A DNA stretch of 64,000 nt from positions 95,294,001 through 95,358,000 of the forward strand of contig NC_135890.1 of assembly GCF_964194155.1 (NCBI RefSeq), read 5' to 3'. The DNA is from Cetorhinus maximus. Its lineage: Eukaryota. The first letter of the stretch is position 1; each line of letters opens with the position of its first letter. Position numbers and translations under genes: made by a program. Below are positions 1 to 11,100 of the stretch, in pieces. The notes below the pieces were generated by a model. That model searched no databases. It saw only the letters and a program-made list of their open reading frames with translations, and was not told the origin of the DNA.

Positions 1-1396
1 ACCTCGACTACAGCTCCTCACACCCCGCTTCCTGTAAGGACTCCATCCCATTCTCTCAGTTCCTTCGCCTCCGTCGCATCTGTTCTGATGACGCTACCTT
101 CAAAAACAGCTCCTCTGACATGTCCTCCTTCTTCCTTAACCGAGGTTTTCCACCCACGGTCGTTGACAGGGCCCTCAACCGTGTCCGGCCCATATCCCGC
201 GCATCCTCCCTCACGCCTTCTCCTCCTTCCCAGAAACATGATAGGGTCCCCCTTGTCCTCACTTATCACCCCACCAGCCTCCGCATTCAAAGGATCATCC
301 TCCGCCATTTCCGCCAACTCCAGCGTGATGCCACCACCAAACACATCTTCCCTTCACCCCCCCGACGGCATTCCGTAGGGATCGTTCCCTCCGGGACACC
401 CTGGTCCACTCCCCCATCACCCCCTACTCCTCAACCCCCACCTATGGCACCTCCCCATGCCCACGCAGAAGATGCAACACCTGCCCCTTCACTTCCTCTC
501 TCCTCACCGTCCAAGGGCCCAAACACTCCTTTCAAGTGAAGCAGCATTTCACTTGCATTTCCCCCAACTTAGTCTACTGCATTCGTTGCTCCCAATGCGG
601 TCTCCTCTACATTGGAGAGACCAAACGCAAACTGGGCAACCGCTTTGCAGAACACCTGCGGTCTGTCCGCAAGAATGACCCAAACCTCCCTGTCGCTTGC
701 CATTTTAACACTCCACCCTGTTCTCTTGCCCACATGTCTGTCCTTGGCTTGCTGCATTGTTCCAGTGAAGCCCAACGCAAACTGGAAGAACAGCACCTCA
801 TCTTCCGACTAGGCACTTTACAGCCTTCCGGGCTGAATATTGAATTCAACAACTTTAGATCTTAAACTCCCTCCCCCATCCCCACCCCCTTTCCATTTCT
901 TCCCCCTCCCTTTTGTTTTTTCCAATAATTTATGTAGATTTTTCTTTTCCCACCTATTTCCATTATCTTTAAAGCTATACCTGTAATGCCCTGTCAGTCT
1001 TTCCACCCCACCCCCACTAGAGCTGTACCTTGAGTGTCCTGTCTTCCATTCTTAATTAGCACCTTTCTTAGACAATATCACCACCTTCAACACCTCTTTG
1101 ATCCTTTTGTCTGTGACATCTTTTGATTATCTGCTCCTATCACTGCTTGCTTATCTCCACAATCACCACACCCTCAACTTCTCTCTCTCCCCCCCCCCCC
1201 CCGCCCGCCCCCCACCTTAAACCAGCTTATATTTCATCTTTCTCCTAACTATGCTTCAGTTCTGCCGAAGGGTCATGAAGACTCGAAACGTTGACTGATT
1301 TCTTCTCCACCGATGCTGCCAGACCTGCTGAGTTTTTCCAGGTAATTCTGTTTTTGTTTTGGATTTCCAGCATCCGCAGTAGCTTTTTGTTTTTAG
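1..1396 (+). mobile_element. Penelope-like retroelement (family A), 3' part: RT C-terminus, GIY-YIG endonuclease, 3' UTR/pLTR
   Basis: ORFs 120-~360 (FFLNRGFPPTVVDRAL..PLVLTYHP) and 536-865 (NLVYCIRCSQCGLLYIGETKRKLGNRFAEHLRS..LEEQHLIFRLGTLQPSGLNIEF) match the GIY-YIG of Penelope-like elements; frameshift near the C-run at ~360; the 3' end recurs many times in the window. Confidence 0.9.
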
Positions 1397-1579
1397 CATC
1401 TACAGAGAAGCAGGGCTAACGTTTTAGGTCTGACATTGTTCTTGTGTATGTTGAGTGCAGCTGCAGAAGAGTTGCCAAAATCCTTGAGGGTGAGATTTAT
1501 TGTCAAACAGGCTGAAAATCCATACCTCACACAAGAGGTGATTTTTTTTTTGAATCCAAATGAGTGACTGGGGATGACA

Positions 1580-2110
1580 AGCCAGTGGAGGCGGGTAAGT
1601 GCGTGCGCACAATGCACCAGCGCGGGGAGCCCGTTCGTCACTGAGCACTTTGTCGGCTGGGAGGCGGTGGCTGCTGACCGCATCGGTGGCGGCAGACGGC
1701 TATTTCTCTGACGAAAACGTTTGGGAAGATGGCGGTTAGTATTGCCAAATAAATAACGCTTTTAAAAAAAAACTTCTGTTAGATTAAATCTGGATTTTCC
1801 CGAAGTCCGCAGTTGATGGTGCGGTAGCGAAGCTTTTCAATAGAAAATGGCGGCAGGCGCCATTTTGGAAATGTTGTTTTCTGGAACATTCGTCTCTTTA
1901 AATAAAAACATCAGCGTGAAGCATTTCCCAAATTACGTTGCAGTAGCAGTTGCTCATTTCTCATAGATGTTAGAAAATCCGATTTTTGGGGGTTAAGCTA
2001 GTGGCTGCTACGTTCTGAGCAGCTTTGTGATTGGCCACATTGTAGATCTGTTTGTTCTGCGAATTATGTTTTGAGGTACGCGGCCGTCGTCCTCGCTATC
2101 GTCTCTCAAC
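1580..2110. promoter_or_regulatory. CpG-rich promoter / first-exon region of RSRC2
   Basis: Locally CpG-rich; NRF1-like GCGTGCGCA at 1601; YY1-type AAGATGGCGG over the ATG (1726-1735), AAAATGGCGG at ~1844 and CGCCATTTT at ~1858. Confidence 0.7.
1729..1734 (+). CDS. RSRC2: RSRC2 coding exon 1 (MA)
   Basis: AAG ATG GCG|GTTAGT in CpG island. Confidence 0.85.
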
Positions 2111-5100
2111 GTGTTATGTATATCGTACATGAATACATATTGTTGATTGACTTATTTGACATCAAAAAGAATAATTCGGTTTGTTGGAGCCGGAAGCTTC
2201 TGGGGCCTAAAGCAGCGCTTGGATCCCCTCGGCTGAGTATATTGTGATGAGTTAGGTGGAGAAGCATCTAGAACACTATGATGTAGGAAGTTAGGTTATT
2301 GAGTTTGTATTCGATTTACAAACTTAAGTCTCGTGTAGGTGAAATCAGAACAACTTAGATTAAATCCACAGCCAGTATAGTTTTAATTTTAGTGTAATTG
2401 ATTTTATATCTGAGATGAGCAATTTTCTGGTGGTATTATGTTAAATTTTCCAATAACTACCTCTTTACTGAACATGTTTCCAGTTTACAGGTATGCCAAT
2501 CCCACAATCCCTCAAAAATTGAGGCAAACTCCCAAAATCATGAAGTTTGGTATAAACATCGTGAAATGCTTTTTTTTCAAACCTAAATCAATATAGATTG
2601 ATAGTTGATTTAGAAACCTCATTAATGGATTACTTATTCTCTAACAGGTCAGATCTCTACACAAATTGTTTATCTGCATCAAAAAAATGCTTTATAAAAA
2701 CTTGAACAAATCCAACCTGTTATCCAGATATGACTGTAGCCCCACATTGAGAGGGGAGGGGTCCAATGCCAGTGTTCTTTTCAAAGGCCAGTGAGCTGCA
2801 GAAAGCTGGCTGAGATGCTGGAAAGGGAGATGGTTCATCATCAGGACAACATCATATTATTGGAGCCATAAAACCCAAGAAGGGTACAGACTGGGGAGGG
2901 TCGGTTACTCTCAAGGCCCAATTCAAGAAAGTTATGATACTTCAATGTGAGATGGTGCTGTATAGGAATTATTATTAATACATTCTCACATTGTATTGAA
3001 TAGCAGGCTTTGAGCCCTGGGAAGTTGGAACTAGAGATAGATATCCAGGGGTGCAGATACATTTATCTTTTCCAGAACCACGTTAGTGGGTTATTTAATG
3101 TAGTTTGTTATGATACAAGTTTTGTGGCAAATAGCTCGTATTATCTTTCCACATTTACACCTGAATGACTGGAAGATTGCAAAGTTTTTTTACACAGGAT
3201 ATATGGCACTGAAACAGGCCATTCGGCCTAATCAGTCCATTCGATGTTTATGCTTCAGTCAAGCATTCTCCCATTTTTCCTTATCTCTGCAAACAAAAGG
3301 AATATGTGCAGGCCTCGCCTCGTGCCTTTTTTGAATTACCTGGGAGTTTCGGAACTTATAGTTCCCCATTGCTTTCTCCATGACAACACCTCAGCTGGTC
3401 AGAGTCAACTTGCTAACATGTCAGCGCCCTTTTCTCCTGTAGTATAAGTTGAGGTTGTTTGAAATTTGTCATTCTTGCATTTGTCCTGAGGAGTGCAAGA
3501 TGAAAAGCTTCGGCAACATGTCTCTTTTTAGCAATATTTGAGGCCATTTTTGTATTAAAATTATAACATCAGCTTTTAAAGGTGTACATTTTATTATTTT
3601 AATATTTATCCCATAAGTTTCTGCATCCACATTTATAATGGAAACTGCCAATGTAAACCTGCCACTAATTCTGCCAAATGTGTTGCTGCAATACTTCTAC
3701 TGAATGAAAGTCATTACATCATGAGAGGTTTAAAAAGGCATTCGATTTTAAAAGTGACAAATGGACATTTGCGCACCAAAGATTTTTAATTATAGATATA
3801 GCTTGTTATTAAAGTTATGCAAATTATTTAGAGGTGCAGTCTGTCAATTTTTTGTTCAACAGTCCTGGGGGTTCACCTTTGGGAAGGTGGTTTTGCGGCT
3901 CTTCCGACCACGGGACAGAGAGAGGGAAATTGGGTATGTTGGGCATAACTTAAAATGTTCTGAAGAGAATGATGGAAGGTGAGCTGTTACAAATTCTAAC
4001 TTGTACAATTTTTTTATTATTATTGAATGTATTCTTGTTTTATATATAATGTTATTTGGAGCTTTGGAAGAAATTGAAGACCCCACTTTTCAATGCTATG
4101 GTTGTCTTCACATCTAGCAACAATCACATATTCGAAAAACACTTGAAGGCTTTGGCTTTTTTTTGCTTTAAATTGCTGGTAGGCAAGTCATGTGGACAGA
4201 AAGTGAAATTTAGCCCAATGTCAACTCAAAAGTTGATTTTTAAGGGACAGTTTTTACCTCCTTGATTTTTATAATTCATTGACATTGGCGATTTCTTAAC
4301 TCCAAGTGGATTGGGTACGATACACAGTGCCTTAAAATAACCACAAACGTCATTATCAAATGTAAACAACAGCTTGGACATTAAGGGGATTCTAAAAGAA
4401 ACTACAAAGTTATCACTTTGAGATAAATGTATCTGCACCCCTGGATATCTGATCCTTCAGTCTTAAGAAACTTAGCGTAAGGTATGCTACCCCTCACTGG
4501 TCTTTTTGTCTGTATACTATTTCTGCTTTCTTATCATTGTCATCTATCCACTCACTTAATTTGTCTGTGACTTGCATCATTTGTCCATGTTTATCATGCT
4601 GTCTAATTTATCCAACTTTGCATATCTAGCTTGCTCATTCACCTCTCTCATTAGTTTATTTTCTGCAAGCCTAGAACAAATAGCATCATGTACTGTTTAA
4701 TGGACATTCATCCAGTTCTTTTCTATTAAATCTGCCAAAGAGTGGGTTTCACCACCTTTAATCATCCTTATACTTAAAGTTGCTTAAATTTCTTGGTTGG
4801 AGGGGGGAGAGTGCGCACGGTGTGATGTTGGTGGCATTTTTGGTGTTGGCCTTGGATCAGTGGCAGCACACTTGCCTCTGTTAGGTTGTGGATTCAAGCC
4901 ACACTCCAGAACTGAACACGTTGTTTCTCTGGTACTCTAGTGGAGTCATGAGGGAATTAGTCATGCACTGTCAGATGTGCCTGCTGTCAGATGAAGCGTT
5001 ATACTGAGGCCCTATCTGCTCTCAGGTGGGCATCCGAGATCCATAACACTATGCAACCAAGAGCTCAATATTTTCTTCCAATGTTCTGGTCAATGTTTAT

Positions 5101-8100
5101 CCTGCAACCAAGATGACTAAAATAATTTGATTGGTCACTTAACTGATTAATTTTGGCAGGATCTTGTGCACAGATTTGCCACTGCTGCCTTTCCCTACAT
5201 TATAACTGTGACTACACTTCAAATGTACTTTACTGTCTAAAGTGCTTTGATATATCCTAAGGTTGTGAATGATGAGTGTTGGGGGATGGCTAATTCCTGA
5301 ATTGATAGGGAAGTTTATACAGATTGTCTAACCTGGGACTTTGTGTACGAAAGTTCAGTTCATTCCTTCTGAGCTATGTCACCTAGTCCTTCAATCCTAT
5401 GCCCAGCTGATGAACCTTCCTCTATTCCAATTTTTCATAATTTTGAATATCTTAAAAAGACTTCCTATAGATGTGCCCTTTCCTTCGTCTTCTCTAGAGA
5501 TTGAAATTAGAATAAATAATCTTTGCACGTAACCCTATAATTTCAGGAATACCTTTTTTGACCACCAAAATATTGAGATGTCTTTTCTGTTAACTTAAGT
5601 ATCTTGCCATTTAATTTGTAATTCACATTTTCGCTTTCTGATCTTAATTTCACACATATTTTTATCAAATTTTTCATTTGCCACTTCTCTGCCCCAGCTT
5701 GTAATTATTTCTTTGAATTATTGTGCATTGATTAGCTTCATTGGTCACTGCATCTGACTTGGTGTCATTTGTAAACAGCTGATTTGGAGAATATTCCATC
5801 CTCAGTCATTTATAAAATTTCTAAGTTAACAGTTGCCAGATCATTAATCCTTGCCGTTTCACTGACACATGTGCTATCTGCCTTTCGGCCATGCATCAAT
5901 CCAGTTTAATACTTCACCACCTATCCCATGTGTATCAATCTGTTATATGGGGTAATGACTTCCTGAAATCAAATAATTTCCACTGCCTCACTTTTTTTAT
6001 CTGCCAGATCTTCAAATTCAGTCCATTTGTCAGAACTGAACTACTGCTTCTGAACCCAGATTCTCTTCAAACCGACCTTGTCCTCGATCAAACAGTTTCC
6101 TCACAATTGAAATGATAGGTCTGTAATTTTGAGGGTTCACCTCTTGTTGCCTTTTAAAGATGGAGCTCACACTTGCTATTTTCTAATTTTTTGAGATTTC
6201 AGTGGACATTGAAACATCAGTGGGCAGATTTGCAATCTCCACAACCAAGTGACCAGCTTTCTTAGGCAGACCCTGGAGCTTTGTTTAATTTTGGATTTCT
6301 AAATTTTTCTACCACGCTTTCCCTTGTGATTGAGGATCACCACTGTGCTTGCTGACCTACATTTTTTGACCCAGAGCCAATCTCTTAATTTTAAAATTCT
6401 CATCCTTGTTTTCAAATCCATCCATGGCCTTGGCCCTCCCTCTCTCTGTAATCTCCTCCAATCCCACAATTCTCCGAGACATCTGCACTCATCTAATTCT
6501 GTTCTCTTGAGCACCTCTAATTTTAATCACTCCATGATTGATGGCCATGCCTTCAGTTGCCTGGGCCCTACGCGCTGGAATCCCCTCCTTACACTCCTCC
6601 GCCTCTCTACCTTGCTTCCTCCTTTAAAGCACTCATTAAAATACAGCTTTGACCAAATCTTTGGTAATCTGACCCAATATGCCCTTCTGCAGCTCATATT
6701 TTGTTTTATAATGTTACTGTGAATCACCTTGGGACATTTCATCACACTTAAGGTGCATATAAGTTGCTGTTAAAATCTAATGGGTTACATGTGCATCTCT
6801 AGATCCATGAAGACCAAGGAGACTTCAAGAGCTTACAGTTGAGAAATGAGGATTTTTTTTAACCGATCCCACCCAAAAAAAAAAATTTGAACATTGAAAA
6901 TCAGAAAGAAAAGCTTGCATTTAGATTCTATCCCAAAATATTTTACAGCCAATTAAGTATTTTTGAGGTGCAGTCACTGTTGTAACATGGCATTAGGCCC
7001 CTGTATTGCAGCAAGGATATCAGCCAGGTTTCCTGCGCCTGGTTGTTACCCAGTAACAACTTCTCATATGCATGCACACCAGGTGAGAACTAGAGGCCAT
7101 GATGGACTAGGGGTTATGATTAGGTTTTGCCAAGTTGTCAACTCAAACTTCTGCCCTTTCGTTCCCCCTCCCCCAACAAACATGGTAAGATAGTTTAAAA
7201 GCAAAATACTGTGGATGCTGGAAATCTGAAACAAAAACAGAAAATGCTGGAAAAAGTCAGCAGGGCTAACAACATCTGTGGAGAGAGAAACAGTTAACGT
7301 TTCAAGTCCATATGACCCTTGTGTTGGTAAGATAGCTTACTTGCTCTGTCAAGGCCTTTGTTTGAATAGAAGCCAATTGGACTAAGAATTAGGGTGTTTA
7401 TGGTGAAACAATACCCCAGCAAAATGAACACCAGCTTTAGGAGCAGATGCAACTGAGGGCAAGAACAAAGTTTGTTAATTTAAAATTAATATCACTCTAA
7501 ATGCAACTTCTAAAATCTATCAACAGGCAAATGACACTGAACAGGATGACTTAGTTTTGAAAAAATCTACTTCTGACACGGAAAAGGAAAGTGAAAGATC
7601 AGCATCGTCTAAATCTCCCAAAAGCTACAAGCATCATTCTTCAAGATCGCAGTCTAGGTCAAGATCAAGATCTAGGGAGAAGGAACGGTCCAGGACAAGA
7701 TCAAAATCTAGGGAGAAGAAACGGTCGGGTACAAGGTCACGATCTAGGGAGAAGAAACAGTCTTGGTCAAGATCGCGATCTAGGGAGAAGAAACGGTCTA
7801 GGTCAAGATCACAATCTAGGGAAAAGAAACGGTCTAGGTCAAGATCACGATCTAGGGAAAAGAAACGGTCTAGGTCAAGAACAAGATCTAGGGAAAAGAA
7901 ACGGTCTAGGTCAAGGTCAAGATCTAGGGAGAAGAAACGGAAGTCTGGTGTGTACAATGTTCTTATTGGTATATAGGGTTGTAAACCTTTGATATGTTGG
8001 CATTACACTCTCAAGTTGTAAATAGGAAAATAATTGTTACAATTTGAGAGTATACTGTTTTCTTTTAACAGAATATTCTTTCTTCCTTATTTAGGTGGCC

Positions 8101-11100
8101 ATGTACTTGATAGGGCTTTCTTCCTGGATTTCTAGGAATACCAATATGTAACATGGCATCAGAGTTGCACAAAAGCAGCATGGATTGACTTAACCTCCTC
8201 ACAACACAGACACATGCGCAATTCCCTTTTTCCCTACCCTGACAAGCTACCGGAGATCAGGAGATTGTGAATTCTAATACATGGTGGAGCACATTGGACT
8301 TCTAATGCACCACAACTTCAAGCTGCTACTATCTTTAGTTTGATAGCACGTAGAAACTTTTCTGTCAGGTCACTAACCATAAAACACGTGCCTGGTATAA
8401 ATTTTAAAAGAACGCTTTAACTTATACAGTAAATGAATAGCAGCAGTTTATGCTAAACATTTTTTTTTGCATTTGTAGTTCTTCTCAGTATATATGAAAG
8501 TAAGAATCCTGAAAATAATGATGTTCCAAAAAGGTCAAAATAGATTCTTTAATAAGAGTAGCACACCCTTTACATTATGCATAATGCATATAAACATATG
8601 AGTGATGCGTATTTAATAATACCATACTTTGCTTCGGATATAGATACATGCAGTGGAAGCAGGGTCATTGAATATTTTTAAGGCAGAGGTAAATAGATTC
8701 TTGACTAACAAGGTAGTCACAGGTTACGGGGGTAGGCAGAATGTAAAGTTGGGAGTCACAATCAAATCAGCCATGATCTTATTGAATGGCCACGTAGGCT
8801 TGAGGGGCCGAATGGCCTACTCCTAGTTCGTATGTGTATTATTGCCTTTGCAATAATATTTTAATTGTGCATTATAATTTATTTACTAGCCCAAAGTGTT
8901 GGACAATGGATAAGTAAATAGTGGTGGTTCATGTCGCGTTCAAATTTCACGCCCAGGTACCAGAATGGTACTCATTCATGAGATCAGCACCTAACCTGCA
9001 TTGGAGCTGCTTTTGATATAAAATGTTTCTATACTGAGAATCTAGTGAATCTCTTCTCGCAGCTGCAAAGTTAAATAATTGCAAAAACATTTTCTATCAC
9101 AAACTTCCATTACCTGTTGGTTTGCATTGAATTGATGAAAATGAATGAATTTGTGACCAGTTCCTCTGGATTTTGATTTTTTTGACCTTTTTTAATATGC
9201 ACTACTGGATAAAGAAACTGTAATTCTAAAATTATCTTTTATAATGAACTCACTATTTTCTTTGCAACTGAGTTTGTTTGTCAGGTGTTCATGTAGCAGT
9301 TTTTCATTTTCCAGAAAGTGAAAGCCGGAAACCCAGACAAAGTCGCAGCAGAAGCAAAGAGGTAATTAACACTTTCTGTAGCATATCAGTAATTTAAGAA
9401 CTAAATATAATGCTGCTGACAATTTATTTATTGATTACTGACAGTCGGGATGGTAAGTACCAAAAATTGGTATACAAAAGTAAAATCGTTTAGCTGTCAT
9501 GACAAAGTACCATATCCTACCTAAGCATGTGGCTTTAAATATTTTTCTTCCCAGTTCTAATTCGAACAATATAGTAAATAGGTTAAAATTGACCAAATAT
9601 TATTTTAATATTTAGTCGTTACAATTTAGGAGGATATCAATGCAGATTTTTGGCATTTTTCTGTGTTTGGAAAGTTTACTTTGTATACATAGATCACATG
9701 ATAACATTTCTATAATGAATCGTACTCAGCGTGCTTATGCACGAAGAGACACAGCGAGCGGAAGACGCTGCAGAGTCAAATAGCAAAAAATATAAGCCTA
9801 CCTCCTGAAAAGGTAAATATCAGCCATTCGCACTCGTATTTGCTTTGTAACTTGAAAGAATCACCCAGCAAATCTGCTTTGTTTGTGGTAGTCAATTTTC
9901 GATTCAATTTGGTTTGGGGGGGAGGAGTTTGCTTCCTCGCAAACTACATTGAATAAGGTAATGTCCAAATATTTCAATTTGATTTTATTTAATTCTAAGA
10001 ACTGACCAATCTGTAATAACGTTGCTTTGTAAATTATACCCTAATTATTGCTTATATGTATTTTGCTGGGCTTTAGCCCAGAACTAACTTTGTTTCACTG
10101 TTGCTAATTGATATTGTTACCGACATTCTTGATTTAAATGCCAAAACATATTTTCTAGACATCATTGTGGGCACCAAGTTCAGTTCGGAGACGTGTTATA
10201 ATCTTATTTCAGGTCTTTACGAATAACAAATTTGTAGTCAGTAAAGTTGTTGAGATCTGGATAAAATGAAATGTTCAGAAGTACATTTGCATGTTCCAGT
10301 GGAGGTTAAATGCACAGTAAAGATGTATCACTAAGTCATGGATATCTAGTGACACTCAGTCCTCCCCACCAATAGGTAGGTGTGTGTGTATTGAGCTTGG
10401 TTGTAATTGTGTAGTGGACTAGCTAGCCACCATTAATTTTTGGAGCTTATATAAGGAATGACCACTTTGAGATTGGTTGAAGGTCGGGTAATTTTGCAGT
10501 GTGCATGTGGTGTTGTGCATGTATGGCTAGAAATTAAAAATGTTTATATTTGAATAAAAAATTGATGGCCATATCAAAATTGATACAAAATATTAGTGTC
10601 AGCGCTTTCTTGTTAAATATCTTAATTTAAATGAGGTTAACATTTTTAAAAACTTGCTGCAACAGGTTTGGACTTGCTGATTACAGGCGGAATTTTTTTT
10701 GGAAAGTCTAAACTTACATCAAGAGTAAATTAATATCAGTGATTATTGGCTACCACAAAATGATTTAGAATTCTGAAATATTTTCTAAGACATTAGTAGT
10801 TTGCTTAAATTAATCACCAGCATTATTTTAAACACTTATAGTTGCATGAAACTAGGATATGCAACACCCTTTTAAATCATTTTCCAAATTGCTGGTGGGA
10901 TTTAAGCATCTAAAATCTTAGTTGTTTAAATTTGTTTCATTGAAAAAATAGCTTAGTTGACATGGTCACTATGAAGGTATAGCATTGATGGTAAGTGCAC
11001 TTCCTGTGAACTGTCCCATATTTAGTAGTTCTTTCTAAATGTGGGGAATATTGTGTGTAGGATTGATATTTTGTAATTAGAATTGGAAAAATTGAAACAT

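Larger units (their letters stand above)
3039..4450. repeat. Perfect 30-bp inverted repeat pair (3039-3068 / 4421-4450)
   Basis: agatatccaggggtgcagatacatttatct is the exact reverse complement of agataaatgtatctgcacccctggatatct. Confidence 0.95.

Noticed and set aside
1189-1214. C-run (G-quadruplex potential on - strand)
   Set aside because: Ordinary homopolymer in the Penelope 3' UTR
2243-2415. GTGATGA ... CTGA as a possible C/D snoRNA in RSRC2 intron 1
   Set aside because: Too long, no terminal stem or recognisable guide; the motifs are expected by chance
7653-7940. Regular repeats resembling a CRISPR array
   Set aside because: No unique spacers; eukaryotic coding tandem repeat
7591-7992. 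Alternate-frame and antisense ORFs (GQDHDLGKRNGL; LDLDLDRFFS repeats)
   Set aside because: Shadows of the 36-bp coding repeat in RSRC2 exon 2
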